DNA of 62,591 nucleotides, the filler included, from Nitrospinae bacterium RIFCSPLOWO2_12_FULL_45_22 (lineage in GTDB: Bacteria; 2-12-FULL-45-22): the NCBI GenBank assembly GCA_001803565.1. It is 5 parts of 5 records of this genome, joined end to end, with 100 filler letters (N's around TTAATTAATTAA, not from the genome) between each part and the next. Parts side by side here need not be neighbours in the genome. Positions count along the whole stretch, not along the records: positions 1 to 9,409 come from MHDQ01000015.1; positions 9,510 to 18,900 come from MHDQ01000016.1; 3 more parts are not named here. One strand, 5' to 3'. The position numbers and the translations under genes are program-made. Positions within the stretch are counted from its first letter, which is position 1. Each line of letters starts with the position of its first letter. Under the pieces are notes generated by a model. It was given only the letters and a program-made list of their open reading frames with translations, made no database searches and was not told the origin of the DNA. Positions 1-9,651 of the stretch are shown in pieces.

Positions 1-808
1 TCCTAACTAAAGGGCCGGCTTCTACCCCTTTAAACCCCATCTCTATTGCTAACTGCCTTAATTCCTGGAATTCTTCCGGTGGTAGATAACGGGACACGGG
101 CAATTTATCTGGCCGGGGCTGTAAGTATTGCCCCAGGGTTAGGAAATCACAACCTGCTTTTTGGAGAACCTTAATGGTTTCCAGGACTTCTAATCTGGTT
201 TCTCCCATGCCCAATATTAGGCCGGACTTGGTCAGGATGTTTTTGTCCTCTCTCTTTACTCCCGCTAGCAAGCCCAGAGAGCGATAATAGTCGGCTTGGG
301 GCCTTACTAAGGAATATAGGCGGGGGACGGTCTCCAAATTATGGTTTATTACCTCAGGTTTTTCAGCAATAACTTTTGCCAATGCCTCTTCTGAACCGCC
401 AAAATCAGGGATCAGCACCTCTATAAGGCAGTGGGGATAATACCGCCGGATTTCTTTAATTACCATACTAAAGACCGCTGCTCCACCATCTTCTAAATCA
501 TCTCTGGTTACCGAAGTTATTACTGCATAGCGGAGCCCGAGGGCCTTAATCGCCTGTGCTACTCTCTGCGGTTCTTTAGGGTCCAGGGGCTTTGGAGAGT
601 CATGCTTCACCGCACAGAAGCCACAGTTACGGGTACATATATCCCCCAGAATCATGATAGTAGCAGTACCCCGGCCAAAGCACTCACCTATATTAGGGCA
701 GCTGGCACTCTGGCATACTGTGGGCAGCCCTGCCAGATGCTTCAGTATGTGCTGATATTTATGCGGGTTAGGTAGCTTGACCCGCAGCCACTCTGGCTTG
801 CCAGCCAT
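1..808 (-). CDS. lipA: Lipoyl synthase (3' end outside the window)
   Basis: Manual translation MAGKPEWLRVKLP...TVCQSASCPNIGEC...GDICTRNCGFCAV shows both the CX4CX5C and CX3CX2C motifs. It ends in ...AGPLVR at the window edge and overlaps the lipB 3' end. Confidence 0.95.
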   Translation of the reverse strand, partial: MAGKPEWLRVKLPNPHKYQHILKHLAGLPTVCQSASCPNIGECFGRGTATIMILGDICTRNCGFCAVKHDSPKPLDPKEPQRVAQAIKALGLRYAVITSVTRDDLEDGGAAVFSMVIKEIRRYYPHCLIEVLIPDFGGSEEALAKVIAEKPEVINHNLETVPRLYSLVRPQADYYRSLGLLAGVKREDKNILTKSGLILGMGETRLEVLETIKVLQKAGCDFLTLGQYLQPRPDKLPVSRYLPPEEFQELRQLAIEMGFKGVEAGPLVR

Positions 809-1496
809 AGGCCATTAATTCCCTCAGATATTCTAATTCTATCCCCTGGCAATCCAGCTCAAAGAGTTGACTAAATACCTGGATCAAGGTCTGACTGATT
901 CGTCCTGGTATCTCTCGCTGCGTAAGCTGGCTCATTGAAGTTATCTGCTCACCATTTAAACCACAGGGGTTGATCCAGCGGAAATAATTTAGATCAATGG
1001 TAATATTCAGGGCAAAGCCATGAAAGGAGACCCATCTCTTTATTCCAACACCAATAGAGGCAATCTTTTTCCCTTCTGCCCATACCCCGGTTAAGCCTGG
1101 GACTTGATAAGCTATTATACCCCATTCTCTTAGCGTATCTATCAATAGCCTTTCTAGGTGCCGCAAATAGTAAAAGACATCCTGACCATGATCCTTCAAA
1201 TTGAGGATAGGATAGCCAACCAACTGACCAGGCCCATGAAAAGTTATGTCGCCGCCCCGATTGATCCGGAATAGCCTTATCCCTTTCTGCTCTAATTCCT
1301 CTTCCGATACTAATAGGTTTTCTTTATAACCCAGTCGGCCAGTAGTATAGGTAGGGGGGTGCTCCAGGAGCAACAGTACGTCAGGGATCAACCCTTTTAT
1401 CCTGGCCTCTACTATCTCCTCCTGGAGCCCTAAAGCGGTGGCATAATCCACCATTCCCAATTCTAATACTAAACAGGGTAGAACCCTACTCCTCAT
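768..1496 (-). CDS. lipB: Lipoyl(octanoyl) transferase
   Basis: Motifs LLLEHPPTYTTG, RGGDITFHGPGQLVGYP, KIASIG, HGFALN and INPCG. Confidence 0.95.
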   Translation of the reverse strand: MRSRVLPCLVLELGMVDYATALGLQEEIVEARIKGLIPDVLLLLEHPPTYTTGRLGYKENLLVSEEELEQKGIRLFRINRGGDITFHGPGQLVGYPILNLKDHGQDVFYYLRHLERLLIDTLREWGIIAYQVPGLTGVWAEGKKIASIGVGIKRWVSFHGFALNITIDLNYFRWINPCGLNGEQITSMSQLTQREIPGRISQTLIQVFSQLFELDCQGIELEYLRELMAYGWQARVAAGQAT

Positions 1497-1659
1497 ATAT
1501 AGCTTCTACTGGACAGGTATTAATACATTCCTTGGCCTGCTTACAGAGATTCTGATCAATAACTGCTTTATCCTCCTGCATAGAGATTGCCCCATGAGGA
1601 CAAACCTCAACACATGTCTGACATCCTATACAGGTATCAGGGTCCACTACTACTGGCAT
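1486..1659 (-). CDS. Small dicluster ferredoxin, 57 aa (not in the ORF track)
   Basis: MPVVVDPDTCIGCQTCVEVCPHGAISMQEDKAVIDQNLCKQAKECINTCPVEAIYEE with a GGAGG RBS. It has CxxCxxCxxxCP plus CxxAxxCxxxCP. Confidence 0.9.
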   Translation of the reverse strand: MPVVVDPDTCIGCQTCVEVCPHGAISMQEDKAVIDQNLCKQAKECINTCPVEAIYEE

Positions 1660-1827
1660 TTATTCCCTCCTTTCTAAATTAATCCAGAAACTTCTTCGAT
1701 GAGTTAAGTTAAACCCTTCGTAAACAATTGATGGCATAAAATATCATATAGAAAGGCTTATGTAAAGGGGTTACTGGGAACCGGCTATTTTTAGATAGAC
1801 TCATCCAGAGAAAACATTAGACAGAAC

Positions 1828-1869
1828 AATGCCCAGGGAAGGGAGGAAGGACTCCCTCCCCTGGGCATT
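1828..1869 (-). terminator. GC-rich hairpin, probable terminator of hsp20
   Basis: Inverted repeat AATGCCCAGGG...CCCTGGGCATT immediately downstream of the hsp20 stop. Confidence 0.6.
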
Positions 1870-1877
1870 AACAGGTC

Positions 1878-2339
1878 TTATTCCATAACTTCTACCTTTA
1901 TAGCCTTGCGCTTGGCCTGTTCCTTCTTGGGCACTTGAATCTCTAGCACCCCTTGGTAATACCGGGCCTTGAGACCTTCCGAATTAGCGCTTGCAGGGAG
2001 GTGGAGGATACGATGGAATTTCCCATAAAACCTCTCCCGGCTGTAATAGCCATTATTAACTCTAATATCTCCCTCTCCTCTCTCACCCTTTATGCTCAAG
2101 AGATGCCCATCAAAAGTTACCTCGATATCCTTCTCCTCTAAACCGGGCAGGTCTAACTTAACCAGCACATATTCATCGTTCTCCCAAACATCTGCTGATG
2201 GGTGCCAATACTCGTCGGCACTAAACTGCCTTTCCGGCCTGAAAAAGGGATCAGAAAAATCAAAAAACCGTTCAAATTCTGAAAAGGGACTAACGAGTCC
2301 CGTCCGCCGGGGTTCCCATTTAATGATACTCATTCTCAT
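1878..2339 (-). CDS. Hsp20/alpha-crystallin small heat-shock protein
   Basis: Motifs PSADVWE...DLPGL, ERFYGKFHR, ARYYQGVLEI.PK and a C-terminal IxV. Confidence 0.93.
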   Translation of the reverse strand: MRMSIIKWEPRRTGLVSPFSEFERFFDFSDPFFRPERQFSADEYWHPSADVWENDEYVLVKLDLPGLEEKDIEVTFDGHLLSIKGERGEGDIRVNNGYYSRERFYGKFHRILHLPASANSEGLKARYYQGVLEIQVPKKEQAKRKAIKVEVME

Positions 2340-2420
2340 TTCCTCCTTCTTTGTCTAACATGAATAAAACAGAGATTAACCAAATTATTGAGATAAAATC
2401 TCATTAATCTTTTGATCTGT

Positions 2421-2449
2421 TATATAATAGCCTCCCACATAATTGTCAA
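2421..2449 (-). promoter_or_regulatory. Putative sigma70 promoter of hsp20
   Basis: Minus strand reads TTGACA-17 nt-TATATA. Confidence 0.45.
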
Positions 2450-2476
2450 GCGCAAACCTAAATTTCTAAATTTTGG

Positions 2477-2629
2477 TTAAACTGTTCAGTTATAGCCACA
2501 AAAAGGCGCAAAAGGCATCATTATCAGAATTCAGAAGTCAGCATGAAAAAACAACTAGCACCCAACTTCTATTCTGGATTCTGAATTCTGACTTATAAAT
2601 GGTATACCTTTTCGTGGTTGAATAGCTAC
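2477..2629. mobile_element. MITE-like non-coding element (GTAAC..TTCAG TIR family)
   Basis: Ends (T)TAAACTGTTCAG and TTGAATAGCTAC, internal inverted CAGAATT-type repeats, flanked by a TTTTGGTT direct repeat. Confidence 0.5.
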
Positions 2630-2734
2630 TTTTGGTTATTACTGGAGGTCTGATGCAACGGGGGTAGTTTTGAAGTTTAGTAGGCAAGCAGGGGGCAGGG
2701 TTCATGTCTTTAAACCCTGTCCCCGAAGGTTCCT

Positions 2735-5155
2735 TTAGCAGAATCTCTGCTCGGTCCGCTCGATAATTTGGTCCTGCACCCCTTTAGGCAGATCAACAAA
2801 ATATGCGCTGTAGCCCGCTACCCGTACTACTAAGTCGGCATACCGCTCCGGGTTTTTTTTGGCCTCCAGCAGGGTAGCACGGTCTATGACATTGAATTGG
2901 ATATGGTGGTGTCCCAGATCCGCCCAGGTTCTTAGATAAGTAGCAAATAGCTCTTTGTTCTCTCCTTCCAGGTATTGGGGCAAGAATTTCTGGTTCAGGA
3001 GGTGATTGTGACTCCTCAAGGGATCAACCTTCGAAGTAGACTTTAGAACCGCGGTAGGGCCCTTCTTGTCCCGGCCAATTACAGGCGACAAAGTACCATC
3101 GTTAAACATATCGTGGTCTTTCCGGCCATCAGGTGTCGCCCCAGTCAGGCCACTATAGGCATAGTAGGCCGCACCACCGCTACCATCTTCCAGGAAGTGA
3201 TAGCCATAGAGATTCTTAAAGCGCTGGATCGCTTTAGCGGTTCTTTCCTGTACCTCCCGGGCTATTAGGTCCACATAGTCGTCATCATTACCGAATTTAG
3301 GGGCCTTATTGAGGAAGATTTGGCGTAAGTCCTCTCTCCCTTCCCAATTGCTCTTAAGGGCCTCTAGAAGCTCGGCCATAGTTACCTGTTTCTCTTCGAA
3401 GACCAGTTTTTTCATAGCAGCCAGAGAATCAGCCACAGTAATCTGGCCTATAGGCTGGACAATAGTCTTGGCAAAATAGCGCCATTTACGGCAATCCTGA
3501 CCCTTCTCTATACAACCATCCAGCAGGGCCGAGAGGAGGGGCCTGGGCAGGTGTTCTTCATACAAGGCATCGGCAATATTATATATAACCGCCAGTTTTC
3601 CCATGAAGAAGCGTACCTGGGCCAGATATGCCTCTAGCACATCTTCTATAGAAGAGAAACCGAGAGGGTCCGGGGTAGCAGGGCCGAGTTGCTCACCCGT
3701 AAACTTATCAATACCCTCATTTAGAGCCAGCTCTAAACACTTGGGCAGGACAAATATCCCCCCTACGGCCCGATAGGTAATGTTCTTTCCCGGTATGGTC
3801 CAGCGCATACATACCTCGATAGCATAATCCCGGACATCCTCAATGGGCAAACCTAGAGCGAGAAACATAGGTATCATATAGGCATCGTTATAGAAAGCCG
3901 GATAGCCCACACCAGTCCGGAGCAAATCTATTGCGCTGTATACCAGTTCTTTGGGTATCTTGCTATGGTACCGCATAGCCACCATAGGCACCTGCAAGCG
4001 GATATTTTTGGAGGCATCCAGGGCAATATAGGTCATCTCATTGGTAGCATCATCCCCTTCCCGGGTGACCCCGCCCAGGGTAATGGTTTGGGCCGCCGGT
4101 ATACCGCCAGCCTGGAAGGAGCCGGCTAAAGGTGGCCTGAGCTGACCCGACTCATTCATCTTGAGCCATAAGAATTCTACCAGCTCCTGGGCCTCTTCGC
4201 GGGTGATCCGGCCAGCATCCTGATCCATTTTATAAAAGGGATACATAATCTGGTCAAATCTTGCGCCTAAGCCATTATTCTGCAGTTCGATCTCGCGTGT
4301 TATCGAGGTAATGAACCAGAAGAATTGCAGGGCTTCATATAAGCCCCGGGGAGGGTTCTCTGGTACCCAGTCACATACATCCGCCACCCTTTGCAGCTCT
4401 TGTTTTCGCTCAAAGCTGATCTCCGTTTGGGCCAGTTCCCGGGCCTTTTGGGCATAGCGGTTGGCAAAGTTGGTGGCGGCCCTAAGGGAAATCAGGCAAG
4501 CCTCGAGAAAGTTCTTTTGTTCCAGGTATTCGCGGGCTGAGGTACCATTTACATTCAAGGTCTTCAAGCGATTTTCCGCCTCTTTTATTACCCCTTTCAG
4601 GCCGACCTGGAAGAGTTTCTCAAAATTGGCAGCGCCAGAATCAGCACCATGGAGCCACATAAAATGTCCTTTATATGACCAGTAAGGTTTTACATCCTCG
4701 GGCAAGAGATTATATTCCATCCCCTGGACGGATTTACCTTGCCAGTATTTATGTATCTGATGCAGTTCTTTCCTCTCTTCCTCGTTCAGCAGCTCCTTAT
4801 ATTCTTTATCAATAGCCTTATCCAGCCAGCGCCAGTAGAGCTCCGGATAGGTAGTCAGCGAGTCGGGTGTACTGGCAAAGTTGCCTACTATACGCTCTTC
4901 ATCGCCTATATAGATAGTCATATTCTCCAGGATACTGGCTAGGGCCTTTGCCCGCCGTAAGACCATAGGTTCCCCTTCAGTCTCTTTATAGACCTGGGTT
5001 ACCAGGCGGGCCCGTTCCAGGCAGATCTTTACCCCGGGCCGATATGGTGACCGGCCGGCTTCTTTCTCATAACCCCGGCCCAATGCCCGGAAGCTCTTTA
5101 CCTGATAATGCATCTTGTCCCTGAGTTTTTCTACTACCGTACTCACTATCCCCAC
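2735..5155 (-). CDS. Glycyl radical enzyme resembling fumarate-adding (aryl/alkylsuccinate synthase-like) enzymes
   Basis: 806 aa. Gly loop RVAGYSAYF, Cys loop EVCMR (single Cys, no following Glu), YRAVGG, ATPDGR and HIQFNV. Confidence 0.85.
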   Translation of the reverse strand: MGIVSTVVEKLRDKMHYQVKSFRALGRGYEKEAGRSPYRPGVKICLERARLVTQVYKETEGEPMVLRRAKALASILENMTIYIGDEERIVGNFASTPDSLTTYPELYWRWLDKAIDKEYKELLNEEERKELHQIHKYWQGKSVQGMEYNLLPEDVKPYWSYKGHFMWLHGADSGAANFEKLFQVGLKGVIKEAENRLKTLNVNGTSAREYLEQKNFLEACLISLRAATNFANRYAQKARELAQTEISFERKQELQRVADVCDWVPENPPRGLYEALQFFWFITSITREIELQNNGLGARFDQIMYPFYKMDQDAGRITREEAQELVEFLWLKMNESGQLRPPLAGSFQAGGIPAAQTITLGGVTREGDDATNEMTYIALDASKNIRLQVPMVAMRYHSKIPKELVYSAIDLLRTGVGYPAFYNDAYMIPMFLALGLPIEDVRDYAIEVCMRWTIPGKNITYRAVGGIFVLPKCLELALNEGIDKFTGEQLGPATPDPLGFSSIEDVLEAYLAQVRFFMGKLAVIYNIADALYEEHLPRPLLSALLDGCIEKGQDCRKWRYFAKTIVQPIGQITVADSLAAMKKLVFEEKQVTMAELLEALKSNWEGREDLRQIFLNKAPKFGNDDDYVDLIAREVQERTAKAIQRFKNLYGYHFLEDGSGGAAYYAYSGLTGATPDGRKDHDMFNDGTLSPVIGRDKKGPTAVLKSTSKVDPLRSHNHLLNQKFLPQYLEGENKELFATYLRTWADLGHHHIQFNVIDRATLLEAKKNPERYADLVVRVAGYSAYFVDLPKGVQDQIIERTEQRFC

Positions 5156-5187
5156 CCCCTTTAATCTTCTTAAGATTTCCTGCTACC

Positions 5188-6465
5188 TTATCTTTTGCGC
5201 TTGCGGCGTGCTTCTATCATCTCGAATAGGGCCTGGAGCCTAATATCTATCTGGGCCTCAGAGAAGAATTTCGGGTCAATCATATCCGCTTCTATCACTA
5301 TCCCGGGGATACCGTACTTGCGCTCGATATCATCAATTATATCCAGCTCGCCCAGGTTCCAGACCCGGCAGGTACGGGAGGCATACATGATCAGGCCATC
5401 CAGAGAGTATTGTTCGATCCATTCTGCTAAGGAATGCTGGAAGAACTCCGGGGAGCTGCCCGTAGCCATCCGATAAGAGTACCACTGTTCGATCAGGGTA
5501 TCTACCGGCCTTTCCGGGTCAATATGTTCCGGGTGAGGGAAGAATTCCCAGGGGTATCTTCCGACAATGGGATTAGCGCCGAAAGAGACCAGCTTGCGCA
5601 TAATAGTACCCAGGAAGGTCCAGGGTATCCAACCATCCCAGTATACCCGGAAGCGCTCCTCGGGTGCGATAGCCGAGATCCCCTGCCCTGCCCTCTGTTT
5701 TAATTCATCTAGCAATTGCTGATAATAGTCAATAGACCTCTGTTGACCCATCAGATAAAAAACCGGGGCAATGCTAACCGCATAATCCCATAGCGTCCAC
5801 GGTGAGGGGATCCTTTCAAAGAATTTCCAGCATTCATTCCGGATCATAGCGGCCTTTTTGAGCACGGCCAGGATCTCACTCAAGCGGTCATAATTAAACT
5901 TACGCCCGCAGAACTCTTCTAGCTGCGGGATGACTACTTCGTAGCACTGCCGTTTAGCATAGTTTTCCAGGGGCTTAAGGTCTTCTTCCTTTTGAGGTGG
6001 GGGCAGGTCCAAGGTGATAGCCGGCACTTTTAAACGCCGGAAGAGAGAATCACCGATCTGGGAATGTTCCGGACAAAGGCGTCCACAAAGAATCAAGTCC
6101 GGTATGGGCTGCAATACATCCTCTTTTATAGGGATATTCTTCTCTATGGCATCGATCATACCTAGATGGAGGCGATGATAGGAACAAGTATCAATAATTT
6201 GCCCGCCGGCTTCGGCTGCCTCAAGGATGGGTGGTACGCCTTTACGGCCACCGCAATAAGCTGCATAGCCAGCATAGAAATGGCAGGTTATCCCCATAGC
6301 ATAGGCAAACGGGAATAGGGGACCTATGCTCCAGGCAATCTTTTTTCCTTGGGCCTTGGCTACCCGGATGCTTGCCCAATGTTCATCTACCCACGGGCCC
6401 ATAAGTTTGGTGGTCTCTAACCGATTCAATTTAAACTTTCGTTCTTCAGATTTTTTCTCTTCCAT
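5188..6465 (-). CDS. 2-hydroxyacyl-CoA dehydratase / benzoyl-CoA reductase family subunit (HgdA/BzdO-like), paralog 2
   Basis: Motifs DTCSYHR, RLCPEH, RTCR and EADMID...RLQALFEM. Confidence 0.85.
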   Translation of the reverse strand: MEEKKSEERKFKLNRLETTKLMGPWVDEHWASIRVAKAQGKKIAWSIGPLFPFAYAMGITCHFYAGYAAYCGGRKGVPPILEAAEAGGQIIDTCSYHRLHLGMIDAIEKNIPIKEDVLQPIPDLILCGRLCPEHSQIGDSLFRRLKVPAITLDLPPPQKEEDLKPLENYAKRQCYEVVIPQLEEFCGRKFNYDRLSEILAVLKKAAMIRNECWKFFERIPSPWTLWDYAVSIAPVFYLMGQQRSIDYYQQLLDELKQRAGQGISAIAPEERFRVYWDGWIPWTFLGTIMRKLVSFGANPIVGRYPWEFFPHPEHIDPERPVDTLIEQWYSYRMATGSSPEFFQHSLAEWIEQYSLDGLIMYASRTCRVWNLGELDIIDDIERKYGIPGIVIEADMIDPKFFSEAQIDIRLQALFEMIEARRKRKR

Positions 6466-6510
6466 CGGAGCTCCCTCCTCTTATTCGCTTCGAAAATAGA
6501 AATAAAGAGA

Positions 6511-6942
6511 TCATAACAAATTAAATCGTTTTAGGGCCTCAGCTAATCTACTATCCTGCCGGGAAAGCTCCTTCAAGGCATCCAATAGCCTTCTTAACAT
6601 ACCTTCCTTTTCCATAAACTCAATGGCCTCTCTTCTGGCTTCCCTGATTATGGTCCTTCTGTCCCAATAGGCAAATCCTATAACTGTTACTACTAAGGAA
6701 GTAAATATCCCGGACAAGATATAAAGGAAATGGGTCATCTGGTCGAACCTCTTGTTCATATCTTGACGTAGTTCTGAAATTCTTGTATCCACCTGCTCAA
6801 ATCTCTTGTCTATCTCTCCCACTTTTACCCTTAGTTCAATAAGAAGTTCTCGGTCTTTCTGGGTGAAACCGTCTTCCGCAAATGTGGAGGCACCTGAGAG
6901 GAAAATCAAAAATAATACAGATAGCACCATTAAATGTCTCAT
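6511..6942 (-). CDS. Hypothetical membrane protein (signal peptide, coiled coil, one TM helix)
   Basis: Likely start MRHLMVLSVL at 6942 after a GAGG RBS, then an IDKRFEQVD coiled coil and a hydrophobic helix. Confidence 0.65.
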   Translation of the reverse strand: MRHLMVLSVLFLIFLSGASTFAEDGFTQKDRELLIELRVKVGEIDKRFEQVDTRISELRQDMNKRFDQMTHFLYILSGIFTSLVVTVIGFAYWDRRTIIREARREAIEFMEKEGMLRRLLDALKELSRQDSRLAEALKRFNLL

Positions 6943-7021
6943 AATTTCCTCCCCATCTGAATGACAATCATTGCACCGCAAAGCATGCTGAGGTATAAAG
7001 GGCAGCTCAGCAGGTTTATTT

Positions 7022-7798
7022 CTATTGTTCGGTAGCAATAATAGCAGCACCGAGGGCACCGATGATTTGAGGTTCTGGCGGGATCAAAAGAGTTATACCA
7101 AGTTTTTTCTCCAATGCCCGAACCATTCCCTTACCCTTAGCTACCCCACCGGTCATCACTACCGGTTCTTTCGTGCCTAATTGACCAATCATACCTGTGA
7201 TACGCCGGGCAATAGCTTCATATATCCCGGCCGCTATATCTGCCTTGTCAGAACCCTGGGCCAATAGAGATATTACCTCGGTCTCGGCAAACACGGTACA
7301 CATATTACTTACCTTGGCCTCTGTGTGGGCACGGAAAGATAATTCCCCCATTTCATCGAGGTCAACTTCTAAAGCCCCGGCCATTACCTCCAGGAAGCGT
7401 CCAGTTCCAGCCGCACATTTATCGTTCATAATAAAGTTTACTGGCCGGCCATCTTCATTAACATAGATTACTTTGCTATCCTGACCGCCTATATCAATCA
7501 CCATCCGTACCTGGGGGAAGATGGATTTTGCCCCCCGGCCATGGCAAGTAATTTCTGTAACATGGTTATGAGCAAAACTTACCCGTGCCCGTCCATAGCC
7601 TGTAGAGACAATATAATTAATATCGGCGAGGCCGAGATTAGCAGTTGCTAATACTTCATTAAAAGAGGCTTCGGCCGCCCCTTGATAAGAAGCACCACTC
7701 CTGATTATTTTATAAGCCAGGATATTTCTGTTGCCATTTAATAATACCACTTTGGTACATAAAGAACCTACATCTATGCCCCCTACAATACCCGCCAT
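7022..7798 (-). CDS. ATP-dependent activase (HgdC/BadFG/BcrAD ASKHA family)
   Basis: Motifs GIDVGS, STGYGR, TEITCH, DIGGQDSK, NDKCAAGTGRFL and CTVFAETE. Confidence 0.95.
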   Translation of the reverse strand: MAGIVGGIDVGSLCTKVVLLNGNRNILAYKIIRSGASYQGAAEASFNEVLATANLGLADINYIVSTGYGRARVSFAHNHVTEITCHGRGAKSIFPQVRMVIDIGGQDSKVIYVNEDGRPVNFIMNDKCAAGTGRFLEVMAGALEVDLDEMGELSFRAHTEAKVSNMCTVFAETEVISLLAQGSDKADIAAGIYEAIARRITGMIGQLGTKEPVVMTGGVAKGKGMVRALEKKLGITLLIPPEPQIIGALGAAIIATEQ

Positions 7799-7800
7799 AA

Positions 7801-9081
7801 TTACCTGCGCCTCATCTTCCTCCGGGCTTCTATCATCTCGAATAATGCCTGGAGCCGCATATCTATCTGTGCTTCCGAGAAGAATTTCGGGTCAAGCATA
7901 TCCGCTTCCAGAACTACCCCCGGTATGCCGTGCCTGCGCTCTATCTCATCAATGATGTCTTGCTCTCCCAGGTTCCAGAGCCTACAAGTGCGGGCGGCAT
8001 ACATGATTAAACCATCCAGCGAATATTTATCTACACACTCAGAGATAAACTCCAGGCCAAACTCGGGTGAGCTCCGGGTAGACATCATATGGGTATACCA
8101 TTGTTCGCACAGGGTATCTACTGGCCTTTCTGGGTCAATATATTCCGGGTGAGGAAAGAACTCCCAGGGATATTTACCTACGATGGGATTAGCGCCGAAA
8201 GAGAGGAGCTTCCGGCTGATAGTCCCCAGAAAAGACCAGGGGAGCCACCCATCCCAATAGACCCGGAATTTTTCCTCGGGCGATATAGCAGAGATACCTT
8301 GATCGGCCCGCTGTTGCAGCTCGGCCTTGAGCTTCTCATAATACTCTACCGTGCCGGGCTGCCCCATGAGATAGAATACCGGGGCGATACTGACTCCCCA
8401 GTCCCATAATGTCCAGGGCGAAGGGATCCTCTCAAAGAATTTCCAGCATTCATTCCGTACCAGGGCCGCTTCTTTCAAGGTAGCCAACATCTCACTCAAC
8501 CGGTCATAATTGAACTTACGGCCACAGAATTCTTCTATTTGCGGGATGACTATTTCGTAACATTGGCGTTTGACGTAGTTTTCCAGTATCTTTAAGTCCT
8601 CAGGCTTATGGGGCGGGATCATATCCATCGCAATGACCGGTACCTTTATATGCCGATAGATGGAGTCACTCTGGTGGGAATGTTCCGTACAGAGCCGGGC
8701 AGAGAGGACCAGGTCTGGTTTGGGCAGCATGACCTCTTCCTTGATCGGCAACTGCTTCTCAATAGCGAGAATCACCCCCATATGGAGCCGGTGATAAGAA
8801 CAGGTGTCAACGATTTGACCATCGGCCTCCGCAGCCTCTAACAGGGGAGGCACACCCTTGCGGCCCCCACAATAAGAGGCATAACCTGCGTGGAAATGGC
8901 AAGGCATATCCATGGCATAGGCAAACGGGAACAGGGGGCCCATACTCCAGGCCACTTTCTTACCCTGCTTTTTGGCCTCCCGTAAGCCATCCCAATGGGC
9001 ATCCACTAAAGGTCCTATTGCCTTGGTCGTCTCTAAGCGATTAAGTTTATATTTCCTCTCTTCAGATTTCTTTTCTTCCAT
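7801..9081 (-). CDS. 2-hydroxyacyl-CoA dehydratase / benzoyl-CoA reductase family subunit, paralog 1
   Basis: Same Cys motifs as 5188..6465 and colinear with it along the whole length. Confidence 0.85.
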   Translation of the reverse strand: MEEKKSEERKYKLNRLETTKAIGPLVDAHWDGLREAKKQGKKVAWSMGPLFPFAYAMDMPCHFHAGYASYCGGRKGVPPLLEAAEADGQIVDTCSYHRLHMGVILAIEKQLPIKEEVMLPKPDLVLSARLCTEHSHQSDSIYRHIKVPVIAMDMIPPHKPEDLKILENYVKRQCYEIVIPQIEEFCGRKFNYDRLSEMLATLKEAALVRNECWKFFERIPSPWTLWDWGVSIAPVFYLMGQPGTVEYYEKLKAELQQRADQGISAISPEEKFRVYWDGWLPWSFLGTISRKLLSFGANPIVGKYPWEFFPHPEYIDPERPVDTLCEQWYTHMMSTRSSPEFGLEFISECVDKYSLDGLIMYAARTCRLWNLGEQDIIDEIERRHGIPGVVLEADMLDPKFFSEAQIDMRLQALFEMIEARRKMRRR

Positions 9082-9101
9082 GAGACCTATCCTCCCCTTA
9101 A

Positions 9102-9409
9102 CTAGCGCATCTCTTCAATAAAGGCCTGGAGCCGCGTCCTGACCTGCTCTAGCGATACTATTTCGTGCTCTACTTCTACCAATATCTCCGGTATATTATT
9201 TTGGGCCAATTTCCTCTTCACATCAGGATAGTAGCAAAGGTGCGGGGGGCAGAACTTAACCAATAAGGTAATAACCCCCTGACCCTTGGCTTGCTTTACC
9301 CGGTCTATAACATAATCAGACCAATCAGTTACCCAATCCACCTTGGTAGGGCAGGGTGGTATCCGCCGCAGGTAGCGTTTAGCCAGGGCCTCTATCGGGT
9401 TACCATCTA
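9102..9409 (-). CDS. C-terminal part of an HgdB/BzdN-like subunit (cut by contig end)
   Basis: C-terminus LAKRYLRRIPPCPTK...KFCPPH...RTRLQAFIE. Confidence 0.8.
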
Positions 9410-9509
9410 NNNNNNNNNNNNNNNNNNNNNNNNNNNNNNNNNNNNNNNNNNNNTTAATTAATTAANNNNNNNNNNNNNNNNNNNNNNNNNNNNNNNNNNN
9501 NNNNNNNNN
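9410..9509. other. Artificial contig linker
   Basis: 100-bp N run containing TTAATTAATTAA (stops in all six frames). Confidence 0.98.
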
Positions 9510-9651
9510 CCTCCTAACTTTTCGTATTCTCAAAACACATGTATTCGCTTCATTCGGTGCAATTGTTCTTGGTATTTCTTTACTTGGTGTTTGATTAGGT
9601 CTCATTATAGGATTCCCAATTCAACCTGTTCTTTTAGGAAGTTTTGTTTTA

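Noticed and set aside
9410-9509. TTAATTAATTAA palindrome within N runs (also at 18901, 40796 and 50240)
   Set aside because: Artificial linkers. No linkage across them was inferred, for example intI to addAB or tcmP to the intron.
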